This document shows, piece by piece, positions 1 to 8,390 of a DNA stretch of 42,720 nucleotides (the stretch's first letter is position 1; each line of letters begins with the position of its first letter). Source of the DNA: Gemmatimonadota bacterium (GTDB taxonomy: Bacteria; Gemmatimonadota; Gemmatimonadetes; Gemmatimonadales; GWC2-71-9); contig JBDHAB010000025.1 of assembly GCA_039588295.1 (NCBI GenBank), forward strand, positions 1-42,720, written 5' to 3'. Below the pieces are notes generated by a model that made no database searches, had not been told where the DNA came from, and was given only the letters and a program-made list of their open reading frames with translations. Made by a program: the position numbers and the translations under genes.

Positions 1-1
1 C

Positions 2-1581
2 GCGAACGAGCAGCTGTTCTACACCCGTCGCGTCGGCCGCGCGCCGCAGGGTGACGCGGATTCGCGCGGTGGCTACGCCGAGTCGATCGACCAGACCACG
101 ATCCTGGGAGCCGCAAAGCTATCCGGGAAGACGTCCAACGGCTGGACGGTCGGCTTCCTCACCGCGCTCGCCGCCGAGGAGGAGGCAGACGTCGTGGACG
201 TGAACGGCGACCCGTTCGTGGACACCGTCGAGCCCCGCACCATGTACTTCGTCGGTCGCGTGGGTCGAGACTTTCGCGAGGGCCTCACCCAGGTGAGCCT
301 GTTCGGGACGGCGGTCGACCGCTCGCTGCCCGACCAGCTCGATTGGCTTCGGAGTTCGGCGTACTCGCTGGGAGCGCGGTTTGGGCATCGGTTCCACAAC
401 GACACCTGGTCGATCAGCGGCTGGGTCTCGGGGAGTCACGTACGGGGTTCCGAGACAGCTATCGAGGAGACACAGCTCTCCTCGGCGCGGTACTATCAGC
501 GTCCCGACAACGACTACGTCACATTCGATCCGACACAGACCTCGCTCAACGGATATGCCGGCCAACTGGTCGTGAACCACCAGGCTACGAGGTGAACGAC
601 GCCGGATTCCAACGTGAGGCGGACCGCACGATCCAGTTCGCCTGGATGGGCCTCAGGTGGTTCCAGCCTGGGAAGGTGTTCCGCCGGTTCGGTTTGAACT
701 TCAATCAGAACACCGTGTGGAGCTATGGGTGGGACCGGTTGGGCGCTGGCGGCAACGTGAACGCGAACTGGCAGTTTCTGAACTACTGGAGCGGCTATTT
801 GGGCATCTCGCGCAACATGGGCGGCCTGTCCACCGGTGCCCTGCGCGGCGGACCGGCATTCCGCAGACCGGGCCTATACAGCTCGTGGGGTGGCTTCAAC
901 AGCGACAGCCGCAAGCCGTTGAGCGTGGGACTGAACGGGTCGTGGTGGCTGCAGCCCGAGAGCGACTCCTGGGGATTCAACATCGGACCCAGGGTCTCGT
1001 GGCGCGCGGCGGCGAACATGGATTTCATGTTTGCGCCCCGAATGTTCCAGCAGTTCGACAGCTGGCAGTACTTCGACCAGGTAGACGCGTTCGGCGAGAC
1101 CCACTATCTGTTCAACGAAATCCGGCAGACCACGGCGGCGATGACGTTTCGTGGGAACGTCACGTTCACACCGACCCTTTCGCTGCAGATGTACGCGGAG
1201 CCTTTCGTTTCGACCGTTGACTACGAAGGGTTCCGGCAGGTCGCCGATCCCCAGGGCGAGACCTTCGCCGACCGGTTCGACGACTTCGGACCCGACCGGC
1301 TCATCGATGATGCCGGCGAGCTCGCAATCGATTTCGACAGGGACGGGACGCCCGACTACGATATCGGAAACCCCGACTTCACGTTCCTCTCGTTCCGGTC
1401 CAACGTCGTACTGCGCTGGGAGTACAACCTGGGCTCGACGCTCTTCGTCGTGTGGCAGCATGGACGCTCGGGTGACAACAGTCGTTCCGACTTCCAATTC
1501 GGCCAGGGCATCAAGGACCTGTTCGATCTCGACTCGCGCAACACGTTCGTCGTCAAGATGAACTACTGGTTCAGCCTGTAG
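2..1581 (+). pseudogene. DUF5916-family outer-membrane/secreted protein, 5'-truncated by the window edge, with an apparent frameshifting deletion near 578
   Basis: Frame 2 from the window start reads ANEQLFYTRRVGRAPQG...TILGAAKLSGKT (LFYxRRxG, typical of DUF5916) and stops at 595. Frame 1 resumes with PGYEVNDAGFQREAD and ends FRSNVVLRWEY...FVVKMNYWFSL, a beta-barrel-like C-terminus. Confidence 0.7.
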
Positions 1582-1603
1582 CAGACGGCTGGTCCGACAT
1601 CGA

Positions 1604-1650
1604 TCGTCCGTCATTCGTGGGAGGTTTGACTTCCTCCGGGTGACGGACGA
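1604..1650 (+). terminator. Long stem-loop downstream of the DUF5916 gene
   Basis: TCGTCCGTCA (1604-1613) pairs with TGACGGACGA (1641-1650), with an inner GGAGG/CCTCC stem. There is no clear U-tract. Confidence 0.4.
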
Positions 1651-1690
1651 CTCATTCCTGACCGCAATCAACACCGACGAGTGAGAGCCA

Positions 1691-2263
1691 GTGCTGGACG
1701 CCATCGCGCAAGTCATCGAACAGTCCGGGGTGCTCATGTACTTCTTGGCCCCGCTGTTCATGGTCGTCGTCGCGATTCTCCCGATCCCGGCAGAGATCCC
1801 GGCGATGCTGAACGGCATGGTGTTCGGACCAGTGGCGGGAACCGCCATCACCTGGTCCGGGGCCGTGGTCGGAGCGCTGATCAGCTTCGAGCTCGCCCGT
1901 CGGTTCGGCAGACCGCTCGCGGAGCGGTTCGCGGCCAAGCACAGACTCGCACAGGCCGATCGTGTCGTGCTCTCGGTCGGATGGCCCGGGCTCTTGGCTC
2001 TCCGATTCGTGCCCACCATCGCATTCACCCTCGTCAACTGGGCGGCAGGGCTCACGGCGATACGCCGGTGGACCTTCGCCTGGACGACCGCCCTGGGGAT
2101 CATCCCCGGCGCTGTGCTCTTCACTGTCTCAGGAAGCGGACTGAGCGCCCTCTACCGTCGGGCGCCCGCCCTGGCCGTTGCCGGAGCCATCGTGGCCGTG
2201 GTGGTGGTCGCGTGGTCCGCCAGGCGCTATCGCCGGAAGAGCGCCGACAGCATACCAGCCTGA
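1691..2263 (+). CDS. TVP38/TMEM64 (VTT/DedA, SNARE-associated) membrane protein
   Basis: Contains LPIPAE...GMVFGPVAG...SFELARRFGR and LRFVPTIAFTLVNWAAGLT...FAWTTALGIIPG; hydrophobic throughout. Confidence 0.9.
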   Translation: MLDAIAQVIEQSGVLMYFLAPLFMVVVAILPIPAEIPAMLNGMVFGPVAGTAITWSGAVVGALISFELARRFGRPLAERFAAKHRLAQADRVVLSVGWPGLLALRFVPTIAFTLVNWAAGLTAIRRWTFAWTTALGIIPGAVLFTVSGSGLSALYRRAPALAVAGAIVAVVVVAWSARRYRRKSADSIPA

Positions 2264-2279
2264 ATTCCGGCATGTTCTT

Positions 2280-2330
2280 CTCGCCACCGCCAGCCGCTTC
2301 TGGGAACCGTTGGCGGCAGTGGTGAGTTTA
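2280..2330 (+). terminator. Imperfect hairpin followed by TTTA between the TVP38 gene and the radical SAM gene
   Basis: CTCGCCAC-CGCCA...TGGCG-GCA-GTGGTGAG-TTTA. Confidence 0.35.
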
Positions 2331-2373
2331 TAGGCATTATTCGGCGCCCCACACACCGCGAGACTTAGAACGC

Positions 2374-4851
2374 ATGATCACGCTCGAGCACCGCACGCCG
2401 CTCCACGTGCCCGACCTCCATTTCTTCGAGGACCACGGCATCTCATACGCGGTCGACCACGCTGCCCCCAACTGGATCGCAACCGACGCCAGCGGCCGAA
2501 CGCTCCTCGATAGCATTGTCGAGTACGGAGCGCCTCCGACCTTTGGCAACCTCGTCGCCACGTACGCCGCAACGCACGGCCTCGAAGCGGGAAAGGCCTG
2601 GGTGCACGTCCACGATTTCCTGACGGCACTGAACCGGGCGGGAATGGTGTCGGACCGACCAATCACGGCCGATCCCTATCCTGGCAGGGCGCAGCTGGTA
2701 CAGCCCGAGGGACTCCGCGAGTTGTGGATCCAGGTCAACAACGCCTGCAACCTGACCTGCGTACACTGCCTGGTGTCCTCCGGACCGGGGAAAGAGGCAG
2801 GCCTGCCTCCGGAGCAGCTCAAGCAGCTGGTGACGCGGGCCGCGCATCTCGGGCTCGAGCGCCTCTTCCTCACCGGCGGCGAGCCGTTCGTACGCAAGGA
2901 TATCTTCGACCTCATTCGCCACGCCACCGACAAGCACGGCCTCGAGGTCATCGTTCTCACCAACGCCACCGTGTTCCAGGGATCGATCCGAGATAACCTC
3001 GCGACACTCGACCGCGAGGCCGTGCGATTCCAGGTTTCCATTGACGGCGCGCGCCGCGCCACCAACGACCGCATTCGCGGTGCGGGGACATTCGACAAGG
3101 CGCGCGCGGGCGCGCAGCTGCTGACCGAACTCGGGTTCGACCTCTCGCTCTCCACCGTGGTCGCCGCGGACAATCTCTGCGAGCTACCGGAACTGCCGAC
3201 CCTCGCCCAATCGGTGGGGGCGCGCAGTCACCACCTCATGTGGGCGCATCGTCGAGGACGTGCGGCGGCAAGCCGCAACGGGTTCTTCCCAGAGGTACCC
3301 GCACTGCTCGCGGGACTGCGCGACGCGGTCGCCGCCGCGGAAGTGGCCGGAGTGGAACTCGACAATCTCGAAAGCGTCAAGCGACGGGTGAACGGCGTGC
3401 CCGGCGTGAAGTACGACTTGGGCAACGGGGGTTGGGACTCCTTGGGCCTGTACGTAGACGGCAAGGCCTACCCCACGGCCGCGCTGGTGAACGAGCCGCG
3501 ACTACTGTGCGGTGATGCCACCCGCCAGGATCTCGCGGAGATTCTCACATCCTCGGCAGTCGTTCGGCAACTGCGGGAGGCAACCGTCGCCCGCAAGCCG
3601 TCGATGGCCAACGACCCGTTTCGCTTCCTCACCGGCGGCGGTGATTGGGAACACGCATTCTGGGCCAGCGGCGATCCGCTGGGCGACGATCCGTATTACC
3701 CGATCACCGCACATCTCGTGCGCCACGTGATGACCACACTGGGACGCGAGAAGCTCGCTCGTCGCAACACACGCTCCGGGTACGACGCGCCGCGCGTACT
3801 CCACGCGATGGGCCAGGGGGCGATCGCCTGCGGGACGGCGGACGGCGCCGCCGCCGAACGGCCCGTGCTCACGCTGCACTCGAACTGCGTGCTCTCGTTC
3901 GACGTCGACAAGCCGCGCGCCAAGATGCGCGAGTTCTACGGGCAGGCCGCCGAACAGCCGCAGGCCGAGCTTTGCTGCCCGACCAGGTACAACGATTCGG
4001 CCGTCGGGCACATCCCTCAGGAGGTGCTCGACCGCTTCTACGGCTGCGGCTCGCCGATGAGCAGCGCCAATATTACTGAAGGCGAGACGGTGGTAGATCT
4101 GGGGAGCGGGGCGGGCATTGACGTCTTCATCGCCGCCAAGCTGGTCGGACCGTCGGGCCGGGCCATCGGGATCGACATGACCGACCGCATGCTCGAGGTC
4201 GCCCGCGAGAACCAACCGAAGGTCGCCGCGGCGTTGGGCTATGACGTCGTCGAGTTCCGCAAGGGGTTCCTCGAGGACATTCCCGTCGAGAGCCGGTCGG
4301 TCAATCTCGTGACGTCGAACTGCGTGGTGAACCTCTCACCCGACAAGCCGCGCGTGTTCGAGGAAATCTGGCGGGTGCTCGAGAACCACGGTCGCATCGT
4401 CATCTCCGACATCGTCAGCGAGTGGGAGGTCCCGCCGCATCTCAAGGTCAACCCGCAGCTGTGGGGCGAATGCCTCGTGGGAGCGCTCACACAGGACGAG
4501 TTCCTCGCTCAGCTCGAGCAGGCCGGGTTCTACGGGCTGACGACCCTGACCCGCACCTATTGGAAGGAGGTCGAGGGGCACGCCTTCTTCTCGCTTACCA
4601 TCGAGGGATACAAGTACGAGAAAGCCGACGGATGCGTGTATCGAGGACACCGCGCCGTGTACCTCGGTCCGGGGAAAGCGATCGCGGACGAGGAAGGCCA
4701 CCTGTTTCCCCGGAACGAACCCTATGAGGTCTGTACGGACACGGTGGAGAAGCTGCAGCGCACGCCGTACCGGGAGATGTTCGTGATCCTGGAGCCTGGG
4801 GAGAATGCAGCAAGCTACGCGTGCTGCGAGCGCGACGGCGAATGTTGCTGA
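2374..4851 (+). CDS. Fusion of PqqD/RRE-like, radical SAM, degenerate SPASM and ArsM/AS3MT-like SAM-dependent methyltransferase domains
   Basis: CNLTCVHC (2746-2769), LTGGEP, LTNAT and QVSIDG mark the radical SAM core. The C-terminal half has [41 protein letters not shown] and the AS3MT-type tail GHRAVYLGP...DEEGHLF...VCTDT, ending [10 protein letters not shown]. Confidence 0.85.
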   Translation: MITLEHRTPLHVPDLHFFEDHGISYAVDHAAPNWIATDASGRTLLDSIVEYGAPPTFGNLVATYAATHGLEAGKAWVHVHDFLTALNRAGMVSDRPITADPYPGRAQLVQPEGLRELWIQVNNACNLTCVHCLVSSGPGKEAGLPPEQLKQLVTRAAHLGLERLFLTGGEPFVRKDIFDLIRHATDKHGLEVIVLTNATVFQGSIRDNLATLDREAVRFQVSIDGARRATNDRIRGAGTFDKARAGAQLLTELGFDLSLSTVVAADNLCELPELPTLAQSVGARSHHLMWAHRRGRAAASRNGFFPEVPALLAGLRDAVAAAEVAGVELDNLESVKRRVNGVPGVKYDLGNGGWDSLGLYVDGKAYPTAALVNEPRLLCGDATRQDLAEILTSSAVVRQLREATVARKPSMANDPFRFLTGGGDWEHAFWASGDPLGDDPYYPITAHLVRHVMTTLGREKLARRNTRSGYDAPRVLHAMGQGAIACGTADGAAAERPVLTLHSNCVLSFDVDKPRAKMREFYGQAAEQPQAELCCPTRYNDSAVGHIPQEVLDRFYGCGSPMSSANITEGETVVDLGSGAGIDVFIAAKLVGPSGRAIGIDMTDRMLEVARENQPKVAAALGYDVVEFRKGFLEDIPVESRSVNLVTSNCVVNLSPDKPRVFEEIWRVLENHGRIVISDIVSEWEVPPHLKVNPQLWGECLVGALTQDEFLAQLEQAGFYGLTTLTRTYWKEVEGHAFFSLTIEGYKYEKADGCVYRGHRAVYLGPGKAIADEEGHLFPRNEPYEVCTDTVEKLQRTPYREMFVILEPGENAASYACCERDGECC

Positions 4852-5735
4852 GGGCTCCGCGTGAGCCCTAAGTAGATCGCGCCCAGGGTGAGGACGGCGC
4901 CACCAGCTTGCACCACGGTGGTGGGCCGCCCGAACAGCAGGAGGTCCCACACGAAGGCAAGCGTCGGCTGCAAGAGCAGCGTCAAGCCAGCCCGCGAGGC
5001 GTCCACCTGCGGCAGCGCCGTCGCAATGAGCACCCACCCCGCCACCTGGGGCACCAGGGCGTAGGCCACCAGGATCCAAAAGGTGGACCAGTCCGGAATC
5101 CGGAAGCTTTCACCCTCGAGTCGTACGGTCACGGCGAGCAACCCGGCCGCGATGAGCGAGAGGATCGCCATCGTAGCGATCGGATCTGCCTTGCCCGCGC
5201 CCGCCTGCGCACGCCGGAGGCTCAGCAGATAGGACGCGTAGCACAGGGCCGTGAGCAAGCCAAACCCCACGCCAACGCGATACGCGGCATCCAGCGCGTT
5301 CCAGTCGATCCCGAACACGAGAAACAGCCCCACCATGGCGATCGGCACGGCAACGCCCAGGCGCCACGTCATGCGTTCCCCCAAGAGGAGGATGCCAAAG
5401 CCTGCGAGGAAGAACACTTGAAAATTGGCCAGAATCGTGGCCAAGCCCGGGCCAATGAGCAGGATGCTCCGGTGCCACACAGCCAGATCCAGCGCCAGGA
5501 ACGCCCCGGCCACGGCACTCATGATTAGGTGGCGCCGACCCGCGCTCCAGCGCCCTCGTCGTGCGATCACGACGGCCCCCAGTACGAGGCCGCCGAACAA
5601 CAGTCGGTAGAACCCCGCCGGCGTTGGCCCCACCCGAGCGATGTTCACCAACACGGGCGCGAAGCTGATGAGCACCGCCCCCGCGGTCAGTCGGAGCAGC
5701 GGACCTCGCGCGGTCCGGAAGGCACGACCGATCAT
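4815..5735 (-). CDS. DMT/EamA family transporter
   Basis: About 10 TM segments in two EamA-like repeats (GLATILANFQVFF; LLLQPTLAFVW). Its 3' end overlaps the radical SAM gene by 37 bp. Confidence 0.9.
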   Translation of the reverse strand: MIGRAFRTARGPLLRLTAGAVLISFAPVLVNIARVGPTPAGFYRLLFGGLVLGAVVIARRGRWSAGRRHLIMSAVAGAFLALDLAVWHRSILLIGPGLATILANFQVFFLAGFGILLLGERMTWRLGVAVPIAMVGLFLVFGIDWNALDAAYRVGVGFGLLTALCYASYLLSLRRAQAGAGKADPIATMAILSLIAAGLLAVTVRLEGESFRIPDWSTFWILVAYALVPQVAGWVLIATALPQVDASRAGLTLLLQPTLAFVWDLLLFGRPTTVVQAGGAVLTLGAIYLGLTRSPQQHSPSRSQHA

Positions 5736-5859
5736 GACACCAAACTAGCCTCACCACCTACCAACTGCTGCAGAACCGTAGGTGGCGACCGTCAGTCCCC
5801 ACTTCTAGCTTTCTCGCAACCCACGCGTCTCCGTACGAACTCCAACCAGGACTCCCACG

Positions 5860-8346
5860 ATGAACCGTCTCACGTCAGCCGCGATCGTGTTACTGGGCGC
5901 CGCCGGCATCAGCGCCTGCGCTACCGGGCGGGCACAGACCGCGCCCTCACCACAGCGGGGCGCCCAAGAGTCACGCGACGACACCAAGGAAAAGATCAAG
6001 CCGTACAAGGAAGTGATTACGGATGAGGCCGTGTCGGATTCCGGCATGTTCCTGATCCATCGTATCGATGAGAAGCTCTTTTACGAGATCCCGCACAACA
6101 TGTTCGATCGCGAGATGCTCGTCGTATCGCGCAGGGCCCGGACGGCGACGAACATCGGATACGGGGGCGAGAAGAACAACACGCAGACGGTGCGCTGGCA
6201 GCGACACAACAAGAAGGTGTTGCTGCGCAGCGTTTCCTACACCAACGTGGCCGCGGATTCACTGCCGATCTACGAAGCGGTGCGCAACGCCAACTTCGAG
6301 CCGATCGTTCACGCGTTCGACATCGCCGCGTTCGCCATCGATTCGGCAACATCGGATACCACGGCGATCGTCATCGAGGCCACCGACCTGTTCACGTCGG
6401 ACGTTCCCGTCTTCGGGCTCAATCGCTTCACCCGCGAGCGGTACAAGATCCGCACGCTCGACAAGGATCGATCGTTCATCAATTGGGCAAAGAGCTTTCC
6501 GCAGAACATCGAGGTTCGGGTCGTGATGACGTACAACGCCCAGGAACCGCCCTCCAACTCCACGACCGGCACGATCTCGCTGGAGATGAATCACTCGATG
6601 ATTCTCCTGCCGGAGCGGCCGATGATGGCACGAATCGCCGACGCGCGGGTTGGGTTCTTTGCGGTACAACAGACGGATTACGGTCGGGCCAATCAGAAGG
6701 TCAAGACTCGCCGCTACGTCGCCCGCTGGCGCTTGGAGCCCAAGGACACGGCGGCGTTCCGCCGCGGTGAGCTGGTCGAGCCGATCAAGCCGATCGTGTA
6801 CTACATCGATCCGGCGACACCGGAGAAGTGGCGCCCTTACCTGAAGCAGGGCGTGGAGGACTGGAACGTTGCATTCGCCGAGGCCGGCTTCAAGAACGCG
6901 ATCATCGCCAAAGACCCGCCCTCGGCAGAAGAGGATCCGGAGTTCAGCCCGGAGGACGTGCGCTATTCCGTCATCCGCTGGTTTCCGTCATCCGTGCAGA
7001 ACGCGTACGGGCCACACACCAGCGACCCTCGAACCGGCGAGATCCTCGAGAGCGATATCGGCTGGTTCCACAACGTGCTGAACCTGCTCCGCAACTGGTA
7101 TTTCATCCAGACTGCGGCAGCCAACCCGGCCGCGCGACGGATTGAGTTCGACGACCAGGTCATGGGAGAGCTCGTTCGCTTCGTCGCGGCGCATGAGGTG
7201 GGTCACACCCTCGGACTGCCGCACAACATGAAGGCGAGCTCCGCGTATCCCGTGGATTCCCTCCGGTCCGCGAGCTTCACCTGCACGATGGGAACCGCAC
7301 CATCCATCATGGATTACGCTCGCTTCAACTACGTGGCCCAGCCGGAAGACGAAGGTGTCTGCTTCCTGCCGGGCATCGGACCCTATGACAAACACTCGAT
7401 CCGGTGGGGCTACCGACCGATTGTGGACGCCACGTCCCCCGATCAAGAGCGAGCGACGCTGGATGCGTGGATTCGTGAGCGGTACGGCGATCCGACCTAC
7501 CACTACGGTGGCGGGAGCGGCACGGATCCGACGTCACAGACCGAGGCCTTGGGGGACGACGCCATGCAGGCGAGCGAGTATGGTATCGCCAACCTGAAGC
7601 GCATTCTCCCCAACCTGATCGCGTGGTCCTATCAAGAGATGGAGGGCTACGACGAGCTGCAGGAGCTGTACAGCCAAGCGCTGGGGCAGTGGAATCGGTA
7701 CATGGGACACGTCGCGACAAACATCGGCGGCGTGGTGCAGACCCCGAAGACGTACGGACAGGACGGGCCGGTGTACCAGTTCGTGTCCGAAGATGTTCAG
7801 CGGCGCGCCATGCAGTTCTTCACCGAGCAGGCGTTCACACCACCCACCTGGATGATCGACGAGGATATTCTCCGTCGCATCGAAAACGTCGGGACCGTCG
7901 ACCGCATGCGGGGTATTCAGGTCTCCGTCGTGAACCGCATCCTCGATCCCGGCCGGATGCAGCGGCTGATCGAGGCCGAGGCGCGAAACGGCAGCGACGC
8001 GTACACCCTCGGTGAGATGCTGGGTGACCTGCACGGCGCCGTATGGAGCGAGCTGCGCAGGGGAGGCTCCATCGACGTGTATCGCCGTAACCTGCAGCGG
8101 GGCTACCTCGAGCGGATGGAATGGCTCATGAACGAGGAGCCCGGACCCGTGCCGGCCTTCGCCCGGGCTTTCGTCACCAACGTGGACGTGCCGCAGTCCG
8201 ATATTCGCCCGTTCGTGCGCGGCGAACTGGAGACGCTGAAACGGCAGATCCGCGCGGCACTGGGTCGGAATCCCGATCGCACCACGCGACTCCACCTGCA
8301 GGACGCAATCGTGCGGATCGACGCGATTCTGGACCCGAAAGACTAG
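5860..8346 (+). CDS. Zinc-dependent metalloprotease lipoprotein (DUF5118/DUF5117/DUF4953 architecture)
   Basis: Lipobox ISAC, metzincin motif HEVGHTLGLPHN, Met-turn SIMDY and KPIVYYIDPATP. Confidence 0.92.
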   Translation: MNRLTSAAIVLLGAAGISACATGRAQTAPSPQRGAQESRDDTKEKIKPYKEVITDEAVSDSGMFLIHRIDEKLFYEIPHNMFDREMLVVSRRARTATNIGYGGEKNNTQTVRWQRHNKKVLLRSVSYTNVAADSLPIYEAVRNANFEPIVHAFDIAAFAIDSATSDTTAIVIEATDLFTSDVPVFGLNRFTRERYKIRTLDKDRSFINWAKSFPQNIEVRVVMTYNAQEPPSNSTTGTISLEMNHSMILLPERPMMARIADARVGFFAVQQTDYGRANQKVKTRRYVARWRLEPKDTAAFRRGELVEPIKPIVYYIDPATPEKWRPYLKQGVEDWNVAFAEAGFKNAIIAKDPPSAEEDPEFSPEDVRYSVIRWFPSSVQNAYGPHTSDPRTGEILESDIGWFHNVLNLLRNWYFIQTAAANPAARRIEFDDQVMGELVRFVAAHEVGHTLGLPHNMKASSAYPVDSLRSASFTCTMGTAPSIMDYARFNYVAQPEDEGVCFLPGIGPYDKHSIRWGYRPIVDATSPDQERATLDAWIRERYGDPTYHYGGGSGTDPTSQTEALGDDAMQASEYGIANLKRILPNLIAWSYQEMEGYDELQELYSQALGQWNRYMGHVATNIGGVVQTPKTYGQDGPVYQFVSEDVQRRAMQFFTEQAFTPPTWMIDEDILRRIENVGTVDRMRGIQVSVVNRILDPGRMQRLIEAEARNGSDAYTLGEMLGDLHGAVWSELRRGGSIDVYRRNLQRGYLERMEWLMNEEPGPVPAFARAFVTNVDVPQSDIRPFVRGELETLKRQIRAALGRNPDRTTRLHLQDAIVRIDAILDPKD

Positions 8347-8390
8347 CGGCCTCTGGTTGTCCGTTCTCCGTAGCCCTGCTCGAACGGGGG

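Noticed and set aside
4849..4875. Selenocysteine read-through of the TGA after ...GECC
   Set aside because: Read-through would add only about 7 residues before a TAG, and no SECIS-like hairpin is evident.
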